A DNA stretch of 64,000 nucleotides from an uncultured virus (IMG/VR IMGVR_UViG_2795385501_000005) (IMGVR_UViG_2795385501_000005:1-64000), one strand, 5' to 3'; shown: positions 29,582-38,771, numbered from the stretch's first letter. Notes: a model not told the origin generated them from the sequence alone. Program-made: numbers and translations.

Positions 29582-29772
29582 CAGCACTTCCTCCCGCTTA
29601 GTATTCTATCGTGATAGATAATGGCTTTGGTTTTATTGGCAATACGCAGACCCTCTATTTGTTGCTTAACCACTGGTGACCAGAATGTGCCATCTTCAAA
29701 ATGATATTCGTGCGTACGAATCATTGCCTCCATAGCATCCAGAGCGCTCTTTACTCGGCTTGGAATTTCCAT
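29581..29772 (-). CDS. Hypothetical protein
   Basis: Coupled ORF. Confidence 0.5.
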   Translation of the reverse strand: MEIPSRVKSALDAMEAMIRTHEYHFEDGTFWSPVVKQQIEGLRIANKTKAIIYHDRILSGRKC

Positions 29773-29773
29773 C

Positions 29774-30076
29774 TCAATCCCCTTTTACCGTTAGACCAGC
29801 AGAGCGGAGGGCTTCGGCGCATAAAATTATGCCGGAATCAAACGATGTCTCATCGCTGTCTAGGTGCGCATCTTCCCCCGCAATATCTCTGCAAGTTTTT
29901 GGAAGTGTCACCGCAATGCTTGCTCTGGATTCTTTCCATGCGCACCAAGCCAGATGAACGCCAAAAATTCGATAACAATTTCTCTCTGGCTCCCAATCAA
30001 TATCTTCCCCATACAAACCGTGAATGTCTTCCAGCCACTTCTCAAACTCTTCCCGCGATGTTGTTATGTCCATCAT
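29774..30076 (-). CDS. Hypothetical protein (MMDITTSREEFE family)
   Basis: Homologue at 51869-52165. Confidence 0.65.
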   Translation of the reverse strand: MMDITTSREEFEKWLEDIHGLYGEDIDWEPERNCYRIFGVHLAWCAWKESRASIAVTLPKTCRDIAGEDAHLDSDETSFDSGIILCAEALRSAGLTVKGD

Positions 30077-30402
30077 GCGACCCCTTTTTGCTCGTATTTG
30101 GCATACCACCAACCGTCTTGGCCATTTGTTAATGGCATAACCTTTTTCCCGCCGATACCATCTAAAATTTCCAGATATGCAGCCTTTGGTATCGAGAAAC
30201 TTGTTCCGTCTCTCAGCCTTTTTGATAGCCCATCACCAACTCTGAACCGGAAAGTTTTTGTCTCGAAGCATATTTCAGCCTCGATAGAATCAAACTCACC
30301 AGATACCGAGCGATTTATTGAGCAAAGACCGGTGTTACGGACAGTTAACTTTGGTTCGGAGAGTGGGCGTGATATTTCAGCCATGGATACAAAAGCCATC
30401 AT
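30073..30402 (-). CDS. Hypothetical protein
   Basis: Coupled ORF. Confidence 0.55.
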   Translation of the reverse strand: MMAFVSMAEISRPLSEPKLTVRNTGLCSINRSVSGEFDSIEAEICFETKTFRFRVGDGLSKRLRDGTSFSIPKAAYLEILDGIGGKKVMPLTNGQDGWWYAKYEQKGVA

Positions 30403-30419
30403 GATTTCCTCGAATTGAT

Positions 30420-30656
30420 TTACAGCAGCACTTCCGCGTCACTGTCACGATCATGTGATGCGAAATAGATTTCCCACTCGCTGTAGTAAATTCCGTTGTA
30501 TGTAACGCCACCTGCAAACTCATCATGAATAAACTGGTTATAAATGGCTTGGAAGGTGTTTTCAGGTAACTTGCTTAGGAATTTAATACGGAGGTCTGAT
30601 TCGTGGCGTTCTTGCTGCTCTATCTGATGTTTGATGTATTGGCCCAAGGCATTCAT
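30420..30656 (-). CDS. Hypothetical protein
   Basis: ATGA overlap with the helicase loader gene. Confidence 0.55.
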   Translation of the reverse strand: MNALGQYIKHQIEQQERHESDLRIKFLSKLPENTFQAIYNQFIHDEFAGGVTYNGIYYSEWEIYFASHDRDSDAEVLL

Positions 30657-31495
30657 GCAGCCCTCGACCGGTAGCTATCCCACGTAAACGCCAGCGTACA
30701 ACCGCCGCCATCATTCATCCGATCAATCACTCGCTCACCGATGAAATCGCTAAGCTCGGCTCTCGTCTGGTTGCTGATTAAAATTGTCGGGCGCATTTTC
30801 TCGTAGCGAGTGTTGATGATCTCAAAGAGGATTTGCTTTTCAGTATCAGACCCAAACTGAACGCCAACTTCGTCAATGATGAGCAAGTCGGGATCTGTGT
30901 AGGCTTTGATAACGTCAGACTCAGTGCGGTCTGCATTTTTACTCCATGTTGATTTAAATGCCCGAGCGATGCGTAGTGCGGTTGTAAATAGTGCTGATGA
31001 TTCATGAGTTCTAATCACATATTGAGCAATGGCCAGTGCGAGGTGATTCTTTCCAGTGCCGGGCTTGCCACACATAACCATGCCGCCGCCCTGCTTTAAA
31101 CGCTCTGGCCACTTGTTTGCATAAGCCTGACACACTCGTAAGCAATGACCTGCAGCATCATTGACCGGTTCATAGTTTTCTAAAGTTGCCGATTTAAATC
31201 TCTCGGGCAGATTAAGCCCATCAATCAACTGACTAACGTGGCGCGATCTGGACCACTGTTCATGATCTGATTGCTTTGTTTGAAGTTCGCTAAGTCGCTC
31301 GGCTAGGCACTTTGGGCATTCGCTTTTGGTAGATGTTGTAAGGTTGGCCATACTGCGTTGTCGCTGCTCATAGAGCCCATGATGGTCGCACTCCGCCCAC
31401 ATGATAGCGACTGTCGTATGGGGTATTTCTTTCGGCGGGTTACTCAGCTCTGAGATTTTGCTTTTCAGAATACTAATTTTTTCAGACAGGTCCAT
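30653..31495 (-). CDS. DnaC/IstB-like helicase loader ATPase
   Basis: 'GKPGTGKNHLA', 'LLIIDEVG', 'IINTRYE..RPTILISN'. Confidence 0.9.
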   Translation of the reverse strand: MDLSEKISILKSKISELSNPPKEIPHTTVAIMWAECDHHGLYEQRQRSMANLTTSTKSECPKCLAERLSELQTKQSDHEQWSRSRHVSQLIDGLNLPERFKSATLENYEPVNDAAGHCLRVCQAYANKWPERLKQGGGMVMCGKPGTGKNHLALAIAQYVIRTHESSALFTTALRIARAFKSTWSKNADRTESDVIKAYTDPDLLIIDEVGVQFGSDTEKQILFEIINTRYEKMRPTILISNQTRAELSDFIGERVIDRMNDGGGCTLAFTWDSYRSRAA

Positions 31496-32341
31496 TTACC
31501 CCTCCATCCACCCGGGTGTGTCGGTGGTTCCGTAATTTTTTGCGGAAAAGTTATCAGCAACAGCCCTCGTTTTTGTTGCCACTGGCTTTGATTGCTTGTT
31601 CTGGTAGTTAAGCTTGGCGCTAGCAGTGGTAAACCAGCTCTTTGGCTTCTCATGGGAAAACTCCAGATCTAGCCTTGTCAGCTCAACAATCAGGTCAATG
31701 TTCGGGAACAGAGACTTCCAGCAATCGAAATCTTTCTGGCTCAATCGAACAACAGAACCCTCGAATGCATAGCGGCTTGCCATCTGGTGAACATCGGCTT
31801 CCTGAGGCTCTGGCGATAACTCCTCTTGCTTTGCAGGTGGTAATTCATCATCAATTTGGCAAGGCGCGTCAGCGGCTTGGGTGTTGAAGGGAATCAGGAT
31901 AGGGGAATCAGGAATCAGGTTAAGGGAATCAGCAGGATTTAAATTGTTCTGCTCTGGTTCTTGTACCGTACTTGCACCGTGCTCTTCTGGTGCTTCTTTA
32001 GTTTCAATAAGTTGCATTACTTGTTCAGGTATCTCACTAGCACTTTCTTTGCAGTGGGGGTTCTGGTGCTTCTTCCAGTTATTAATCTGAACGTAAGCGC
32101 CTCCATCCACTAAATAGCGAGTGATGAAGTTGTGCTGATGCAATTGCTGTAGTAGTTCATCGCAATCAACATTGTCGAACGGTAATACAAGCGCTTTAAT
32201 CTTCTTGGGGCGATCATCTAACCGCCCTTCTTTATCTGCGATAGTCCACAATCCGGCGAATAGCAGACGAGCGTATGGGCTGCATTCTGCTAATTCGTCG
32301 TTAGTGAAAAATCCCGGCTTAATATTTCTTGAACGGGCCAT
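31496..32341 (-). CDS. Phage replication initiator
   Basis: 'MARSRNIKPGFF.N..L......RLLFAGLW..ADKEGRL'. Confidence 0.85.
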   Translation of the reverse strand: MARSRNIKPGFFTNDELAECSPYARLLFAGLWTIADKEGRLDDRPKKIKALVLPFDNVDCDELLQQLHQHNFITRYLVDGGAYVQINNWKKHQNPHCKESASEIPEQVMQLIETKEAPEEHGASTVQEPEQNNLNPADSLNLIPDSPILIPFNTQAADAPCQIDDELPPAKQEELSPEPQEADVHQMASRYAFEGSVVRLSQKDFDCWKSLFPNIDLIVELTRLDLEFSHEKPKSWFTTASAKLNYQNKQSKPVATKTRAVADNFSAKNYGTTDTPGWMEG

Positions 32342-32361
32342 ATATTTCTCCGCTTATCACC

Positions 32362-32652
32362 TCAGAAACTGATTGAAATTTGCTGTTCTGAAGTCTTTGT
32401 TCGTGTTGGGGCTTTTTGCTTTCCGGTCACCGCAATCACAGCCTGCCTTGCGATTTCCCTTATCACGCTCGTCTCCCATATCTTTTCCAGAAGAACAAAC
32501 GTCACAGCCATATCTCTTACGTTTAACCGACTGACCTTTGATTCAGCCCAGCCAGCTTCACGTGCAAAGTTGCTCTGCCCCTTGATAGCCATTCGGCTAC
32601 GTAGCTCAGATTCAACTTCCATAATTCTCTTGCTGTTACTTGCGCTATCCAT
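32362..32652 (-). CDS. cII: CII transcriptional activator
   Basis: 'VESELRSR...GQ..FA...G..ESKVSR..QQISISF'. Confidence 0.85.
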   Translation of the reverse strand: MDSASNSKRIMEVESELRSRMAIKGQSNFAREAGWAESKVSRLNVRDMAVTFVLLEKIWETSVIREIARQAVIAVTGKQKAPTRTKTSEQQISISF

Positions 32653-32785
32653 TTCGTATGATTTCCATGTTGTTTAAGTGATTTAGTTATGGCGAGCCTA
32701 GTTACGCTCACCTCCGACTTTTAGCCTTACCTGGCAGATCCTCGGGGCCGCCATATACCGGGCGTTCGGTTAATGCTGTTGGTTG

Positions 32786-33016
32786 TTAAGCTGCTTTTTC
32801 CGGATGAGGGAACAAGTCAGTTAAATCAGGTCTGATTCGGTATGCAGGGATTAGTCCTTTGGTCGCCTTTTCAATGCGTTTCGCATTTTCGGCGGAAACC
32901 TTTTTCTTCCCATGCAACCAAGACCAAACGGAAGGCTGTCTAACATCACAAGCTTCAGCTAACTTCTGCTGACTTCCTACGATGTTAATAGCCGACTTAA
33001 TAGCTTCGTTGACCAT
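32786..33016 (-). CDS. cro: Cro-like (YdaS) repressor
   Basis: 'GSQQKLAEACDV.QPSV..W..IRPDL'. Confidence 0.9.
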   Translation of the reverse strand: MVNEAIKSAINIVGSQQKLAEACDVRQPSVWSWLHGKKKVSAENAKRIEKATKGLIPAYRIRPDLTDLFPHPEKAA

Positions 33017-33048
33017 AAATAACTCCTGCTTTTGTAGATACACAGATA

Positions 33049-33111
33049 ATAGCCAAAGCTATTCATATTGTAAATAGCTTTAGATATTTGATTGGGTATA
33101 GCCATGGCTAT
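33049..33111. promoter_or_regulatory. OR: three 14-bp operators ATAGC-N4-GCTAT
   Basis: 33049-33062, 33074-33087 and 33098-33111 (the last is a perfect palindrome). Confidence 0.85.
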
Positions 33112-33122
33112 AGACTAAGTAA

Positions 33123-33854
33123 ATGGAAAAAATGACTTTTGCAGATCGGCTAAATTTAGCCATGAAAGAAGGTGGGTTTACTCAGGGTTCTCTCGCTGAG
33201 GCCGTAGGCATGGCACAGCCTAGCGTCTGGAAACTAACTTCAGGAAAAGCCAACTCTTCAAGGAAATCCGTTCAAATAGCCAGAGTTTTAGGTGTTCGGC
33301 CGGAATGGCTTAGTGAAGGAATAGAGCCAATGCGCGAAAGCGGTGTAAACCCACACCATCCTGACTCAACAATCCCACCTGAAAGTGAATGGGTTGGAGT
33401 TAAGGCGTGGGATAAAAATACCCCTCTTGACGATGATGAGGTTGAAGTCCCATTCCTTAGGGATATTGAATTTGCATGTGGCGATGGAAGCGTCTCTGAT
33501 GAGGACTACAACGGGTTTATGCTCAGATTCTCCAAGGCAACGCTACGTCGAATAGGGGCTAACACTGATGGATCTGGAATACTTTGCTTCCCAGCTCGCG
33601 GTAATAGCATGGAGCCAAAAATATCAGATGGTGCGACAGTCGCCATTAACACTGATGATAAAAAGATAATTGACGGTAAGATGTACGCGATCAATGAGGA
33701 TGGATGGAAGCGAGTAAAAATGCTTTATCGTGTGGGCCCTGGTCGTGTCAGCGTGCGGAGTTACAACAAGTCTGAATATCCAGATGAAGAGAAGAATCTA
33801 AAAGATATTGAAATTATTGGCCGCGTGTTCTGGTGGTCAGAGATAGATTACTAA
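33123..33854 (+). CDS. cI: CI repressor (HTH plus S24 peptidase), probably leaderless
   Basis: HTH, 'ACG' cleavage site, 'GNSMEP' and 'VKML'; -10 TAGACT ends 6 nt before the ATG. Confidence 0.95.
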   Translation: MEKMTFADRLNLAMKEGGFTQGSLAEAVGMAQPSVWKLTSGKANSSRKSVQIARVLGVRPEWLSEGIEPMRESGVNPHHPDSTIPPESEWVGVKAWDKNTPLDDDEVEVPFLRDIEFACGDGSVSDEDYNGFMLRFSKATLRRIGANTDGSGILCFPARGNSMEPKISDGATVAINTDDKKIIDGKMYAINEDGWKRVKMLYRVGPGRVSVRSYNKSEYPDEEKNLKDIEIIGRVFWWSEIDY

Positions 33855-33890
33855 CCCACGGCTAACCTACTGCTAGCTCAAGGAGGAATA

Positions 33891-33995
33891 ATGGCATTTA
33901 ACGATCTGGAATTTCACGCAGTCAAAAAAGAGGCATCCCAGTTCATAGATAGCATTAGGCCGCCAATAGAACCAACCCGACCGGAATGTTTATAG
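33891..33995 (+). pseudogene. Truncated gene relic (DUF3024-like N-terminus)
   Basis: Strong RBS AAGGAGG; MAFNDLEFHAVKKEASQFIDSIRPP then an early stop; family from recall. Confidence 0.5.
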
Positions 33996-34079
33996 CAAGC
34001 ACAATTACATAAACTGCTTGCTAGAATTATCCTTTTGTATAAAGATTGTTCTCATCATCAAAGTTGAGAGGCTGAGTGT

Positions 34080-35078
34080 ATGGAAAGCAAGCAATCAAAG
34101 GGAGGGGTAGCGAGAGCTGACTCCCTTTCGTCAGAAAGAAGAAAGGAAATAGCTAGAATGGGTGCGGTGGCTAAAAATGTGCCTAAAGCTACCCATAAAG
34201 GCGAGATTGATATTTCAGGGATAAAGATTCCATGCTTTGTTCTTGATGATGGTCGAAGGGTTATATCAGGAAGAAGCTTAACGGCGTCAATAGGTATGAA
34301 AGGCCGTGGCCAAGGGGTTGCCCGTTTAGCGGGTCATAAAATGCTTAACCCAAGCAAAAACAAAGAGTTAATATTGGCCATCGAAAACCCAATAAAGTTC
34401 ATTGGGGCCTTTCCTATAAAGGGTTCAAGTAACACCAATGTTTTTGCGGATGGCTTTGAAGCTACCATTCTTCAGGAGTTATGCGAGGCCATCCTTGCTG
34501 CCAGAGATGGGAACCTGTTAACCACAGAGCAGGAATTTAGATATGCTCAGTATTCAGACATGCTTATCAGGGCGTTTGCAAGGGTTGGTATTGTATCTCT
34601 GGTTGATGAGGCCACTGGGTATCAAGAGGTAAGACCAAGGGATGCACTTCAAGAATTTCTTAATAAAATAATAAGTAAAGAACTTGCTGCTTGGGCTAAA
34701 AAATTCCCTGATGAGTTCTACGAAAATATTTACAAGCTAAAAAATTGGCCATGGCAAGGGATGAGTAAAAACAGGTATAGCGTTGTTTCACACTACACCA
34801 GAGATTTGGTTTATGACCGATTGGGAGATGGTATTCTTTCAGAGCTTGAAAAAAAATCCCCCAAAGACGATAAAGGTAATAGAAAAAATAAATTACACCA
34901 ATGGTTAACTTCAGATATTGGGAATCCAATGCTATCTCAGCACCTTCACTCGTTAATTATGCTACAAAGGTTGGCTATATCTAATGGACATGGATGGAAT
35001 CGATTTGTCAAAACGGTAGACCAAGTGATGCCCAAGAAAAACGGCACATTGGAGCTAAATTTGACAGATGAGCTCTGA
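34080..35078 (+). CDS. P63C domain protein
   Basis: 'IPCFVLDDGRRVIS..VGIVSLVDEATGYQ..WAKKFPDEFY..KLHQWLT'. Confidence 0.85.
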   Translation: MESKQSKGGVARADSLSSERRKEIARMGAVAKNVPKATHKGEIDISGIKIPCFVLDDGRRVISGRSLTASIGMKGRGQGVARLAGHKMLNPSKNKELILAIENPIKFIGAFPIKGSSNTNVFADGFEATILQELCEAILAARDGNLLTTEQEFRYAQYSDMLIRAFARVGIVSLVDEATGYQEVRPRDALQEFLNKIISKELAAWAKKFPDEFYENIYKLKNWPWQGMSKNRYSVVSHYTRDLVYDRLGDGILSELEKKSPKDDKGNRKNKLHQWLTSDIGNPMLSQHLHSLIMLQRLAISNGHGWNRFVKTVDQVMPKKNGTLELNLTDEL

Positions 35079-35116
35079 CAATAAAGGGCCAACACTTTTC
35101 TCGATAATATTAAAAT

Positions 35117-35142
35117 AACCCGGCCCCGCTGCCGGGTTTTTT
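35117..35142 (+). terminator. Immunity-operon terminator (timm-like)
   Basis: AACCCGG-CCCCGCTG-CCGGGTT plus T-tract; same element at ~57530-57556. Confidence 0.85.
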
Positions 35143-35281
35143 GTGCCTGTAATCTGACAATCTCACCACTCTACCCGTATTAAACACAACTCACTTCACA
35201 CTTTTCACGCCTGATAGCCGGTGCGAATGGTCACGCCTGAATTATTTTTAAAAATAAATACCTTTATCAATCAATAATTAA

Positions 35282-35340
35282 ATAGCTAAATCTATATTAT
35301 TATATCTTTGGCTATTTACATGTATTATATCCAAAGCTAT
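35282..35340. promoter_or_regulatory. OL/PL: three 14-bp operators
   Basis: ATAGCTAAATCTAT, ATATCTTTGGCTAT and ATATCCAAAGCTAT match the OR consensus. Confidence 0.8.
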
Positions 35341-35522
35341 TATCTATTCCATCAACACGGCAGGACGCCAACTAAGCAGCACGCAACGGGGTGAGCGATG
35401 TAATCACCCCCGGCCCCGAGAGGGATCGACCGCTAAGTGTTCTTTAAGGAGAAAGTGAATTTATACCCTGTCGCTGTCAGGTGTAGGCGGCAGTCATAAG
35501 TTCTCTAAACGAGAGGTGGCAA

Positions 35523-35771
35523 ATGAAGAATGAAATTCGTTGTCCGGTGTGCGGATTGGACTTCAACCCAAAGATACCGCTTATGCACATTCAGCAGCAC
35601 CACAAGGGCGCGAAAGATTGTGAGCTGGCGAAGATACGCGACGCACGTCGCAAGTGCTTCACGGAGCCAGCAGCAAAGAAGTTAGGTGGTAAGACGTGTT
35701 TACCTCAGGTAGCGATATTTAGCGCTGGGTACCGCACCAACCGTAAAGAAGCAACACACATTGTTAAGTAG
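35523..35771 (+). CDS. N-like antiterminator with N-terminal C2H2 zinc finger
   Basis: CPVC-X11-HIQQH; C-terminal 'TCLPQVAIFSAGYR' matches the phage B N C-terminus; first PL gene. Confidence 0.7.
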   Translation: MKNEIRCPVCGLDFNPKIPLMHIQQHHKGAKDCELAKIRDARRKCFTEPAAKKLGGKTCLPQVAIFSAGYRTNRKEATHIVK

Positions 35772-35804
35772 CAGCATTCAACTTATTTAAACAGAGAGGT
35801 AGTT

Positions 35805-36005
35805 ATGAGATTTGTCGAGTTACCACTTGAAATGCAGTTAATCGCAGCCCAAACGCTTTCAAACAGACTTTCTACTTTAGGTATGGGGATGGATGAGCAA
35901 ATAGAGCCAGTTAAAACACTGGCCCGAGAGGTAAGAGAGGCATTTATTGAGCTTTATTCCACAGAAAATAATGAGGAAAAGGAGAAGCTCGGTCAAGATT
36001 ANTAG
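35805..36005 (+). CDS. Hypothetical protein, convergent with the GhoS-like gene
   Basis: GAGG RBS; 66 aa. Confidence 0.6.
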   Translation: MRFVELPLEMQLIAAQTLSNRLSTLGMGMDEQIEPVKTLAREVREAFIELYSTENNEEKEKLGQDX

Positions 36006-36277
36006 NNTCTACTAAGGCTCCATGCTCTTCCGCTAGATTTTGTAACCAATACGTCAGACTTTGGCTTTACCGAGTTTGCAATTCTCAGTACATCATCACG
36101 AATTTCAGGTGTAGATAAATCTTTACTACAGACATATTCAGCATTCGGTAATTTATAAGTTTTACCATCTGTGGTTATTTCTTTTTGATACCCCTTTGCN
36201 TTCATTTTTTCGTGAAGAGTTTCGTAGTCATCAGCGTCAGCATTATGCAACTCAACCCTAACAGTAAAATCTGCCAT
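35999..36277 (-). CDS. DUF2622/GhoS-like small protein (putative endoribonuclease fold)
   Basis: 'MA.FTVRVELH.A...DY..LH..M...G....I......Y.LP.AEY'; has N bases near its 3' end. Confidence 0.7.
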   Translation of the reverse strand: MADFTVRVELHNADADDYETLHEKMXAKGYQKEITTDGKTYKLPNAEYVCSKDLSTPEIRDDVLRIANSVKPKSDVLVTKSSGRAWSLSRXX

Positions 36278-36442
36278 TTCTAAATCCCTATATTGACTGT
36301 GGAATAACCAACATATCAATTTCCTTTGACTGTGGAAAGCAGGGAAACCACGGCTGGGCGTGGATAAATATCCCAGCTCAAATTATAGAGGTCACTTAGG
36401 TGGCCTTTTTTATTGGCGGGTAAATGGTTAAGGGGTAAGAGA

Positions 36443-36625
36443 ATGACACTTTCTTTCACTGTTCTGGCTGGCAAGCCGGATAACGACGACGGCGCGTATT
36501 ACGAGAACATTAAGTTCTGTGACAGCGCTGACAGCATGGAAGCTGCGCAGAAGATTGTTCAGGACAACAAGCTTTATACCTATCCGATATGTCGGATTGA
36601 GGTTACAGGATTCAAGGCTGCATAA
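36443..36625 (+). CDS. Hypothetical protein, 60 aa
   Basis: RBS and terminator; duplicated at 58906-59088. Confidence 0.6.
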   Translation: MTLSFTVLAGKPDNDDGAYYENIKFCDSADSMEAAQKIVQDNKLYTYPICRIEVTGFKAA

Positions 36626-36885
36626 CGCGGCCTTTTTTATTGGCTGGTAAATGAGGAATGAATGATGAGTCAATATCGAAACATAAGCATTGAATGGCTT
36701 CAGCGAATGCATGCGGATGGATATGTAGCTCTGTGTGACGGTGATTTACAGGAAGTATTAGATTTCATCTCGGAACCCCAGTGATCTTACCCCTGCCACT
36801 TAACCGGTGGCAGCAATAAGACCACTGAAACAAACAACGAGCTGCTTAATGCGGCTTTTTTATTCCAAAAATTCAAGGAAGCAGC

Positions 36886-37950
36886 ATGAGCAAAGAAACA
36901 GTTATTACCTTTAAAGGCTTCGACCAAAATCTTCAGTGCCGTGGCTACCAGTTCGAAATTGGCAAAACGTATACGCATGAGGGCAAGGTCGAGGCATGCG
37001 GCTCTGGCTTCCACGCTTGTGAATGCCCATTTGATGTTTTCGGATATTACCCGCCAACAAATAGCCGGTATGCAGTAACTGAATCATTTGGTGTTATTGA
37101 CCGCGAAGATGATGGCGATACAAAAATCGCAAGCGCCAGCATAACCATCACAGAAGAACTAACCCTCCCTCAGTTTATTCAGCGCGGGATTGATTGGATC
37201 TGGAGCAAAGTTGATAAGTCGCTTGAACAGCAGATCATGACCGGAAACCAGTCAGCGGCAACCAACACTGGCAACTGGTCAGCGGCAACCAACACTGGCT
37301 ACCAGTCAGCGGCAACCAACACTGGCGACTGGTCAGCGGCAACCAACACTGGCTACCAGTCAGCGGCAACCAACACTGGCGACCGGTCAGCGGCAACCAA
37401 CACTGGCAACCAGTCAGCGGCAATCAACACTGGCTACTGGTCAGCGGCAACCAACACTGGCTACCGGTCAGCGGCAACCAACACTGGCTACCAGTCAGCG
37501 GCAACCAACACTGGCGACCGGTCAGCGGCAACCAACACTGGCTACCGGTCAGCGGCAACCAACACTGGCAACTGGTCAGCGGCAACCAACACTGGCTACC
37601 AGTCAGCGGCAACCAACACTGGCAACTGGTCAGCGGCAACCAACACTGGCTACCGGTCAGCGGCAACCAACACTGGCTACCAGTCAGCGGCAACCAACAC
37701 TGGCAACCGGTCAGCGGCAACCAACACTGGCGACTGGTCAGCGGCAGAGGTGTCTGGATCGCAATCTGTAGCGGCTTCATTCGGTGATGGTGGAAAGGCT
37801 AAAGCGTCAGAAAGCGGCGCAATCGTCCTGTGCTACCGAAATGGCGAAGGCGAACTAATTCATATCCGTGCCAGTAAAGTAGGCGAGAACGGAATTGAGC
37901 CGGATGTTTGGTATTCGCTGAATGAGAATGGCGAGTTTGTAGAAGCGGAA
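36886..37950 (+). CDS. Phage protein with 18 nonapeptide repeats SAATNTG[NYD][WQR]; stop lost at the junction
   Basis: '[32 protein letters not shown]' N-domain; intact copy at 59349-60416. Confidence 0.85.
37252..37746 (+). repeat. 18 x 27-bp coding tandem repeat
   Basis: TCAGCGGCAACCAACACTGGC(A/T/G)AC(C/T)(A/G)G. Confidence 0.97.
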
Positions 37951-37971
37951 GAGCATGGAGCCTTAGTAGAA

Positions 37972-38771
37972 TCGAAGCCGATCCTTATCTCAGTCAGGCG
38001 GTGCTGGATTTACAATTTGGTCACTCCCAGCGGGTGGGTTACGACGTAGCGGTAAAAGTGCTACATGAGCTTCAAGCCATTGGTTCTATTCATAAACGTA
38101 GGCCGGAACACGCCAGTCTTGGCGTGTTGCGTTCACCGGACATTCCCTCTTTATTAGTGGAAACCGGCTTTATCAGTAATGGTACGGAGGAGCGGCTGCT
38201 CGGCAGCAGTGCGTATCAGGATAAAATTGCCCAAGCGATTTACAAAGGCTTGCGCAGTTATTTCCTGTCGCATCCGCTACAAGCCGACCCAAAGGTCGAA
38301 AACCGTCCGCTGGGCGCAACAGCGGCGGTTGAAAGGTCAGCGCGTCAAAGTGGTGTTAATCAGCCTGGCCCGGTAGTCAGTGCGGTCAGCAGTGGGGGGA
38401 AAGCCACCATTAGCGGTAAATCGCTGATTCACATGGTAAAACGGGGTGAAACTCTATCCGGCATTGCCAGCCAGTACGGTGTCAGTATGGCGGCGATGCG
38501 GCAGAATAATACGCTGAAGAAAGACGTGGTATGGGTTGGGCAGCGCCTGCGAATTCCCGCATCTGGCAGCGCGGTAGCTAGCGTCGCCAAGGTGCCTGCG
38601 GTGAAGAAAATCAGCCCGGCCAAACCGATCAAGCATCAGGTTAAACGCGGGGATACTTTATCCGCTATTGCGGCGAAATATGGTGTATCTCAAAGTGAGA
38701 TTCAACGCGTGAATAAGCTGAAGTCTGGTTCGGTACAACTCGGCCAAACGCTCACCATTCCACAGTCTTAA
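37972..38771 (+). pseudogene. amiB: Host N-acetylmuramoyl-L-alanine amidase AmiB, 3' part only, with two LysM domains
   Basis: '[37 protein letters not shown]'; two 'H.VKRG.TLS.IA..YGVS'; upstream of mutL. Confidence 0.9.

Larger units (their letters stand above)
36427..37950. repeat. 1.5-kb PL-operon block, copy 1 (copy 2 at 58890-60413)
   Basis: Near-identical, including the order of the internal repeat units. Confidence 0.95.

Noticed and set aside
37252..37746. CRISPR array or guide-RNA array
   Set aside because: Units are contiguous 27-mers with only a 6-nt low-diversity variable part, in frame within a protein; no unique spacers and no cas genes
37235..37780. Minus-strand ORFs with CWLPLTG repeats (also 59698-60243)
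   Set aside because: Shadow frames of the coding repeat
36886..38049. 387-aa extended repeat protein as a novel fusion
   Set aside because: The extension is out-of-frame read-through into amiB across the junction; the intact copy stops at VEAE
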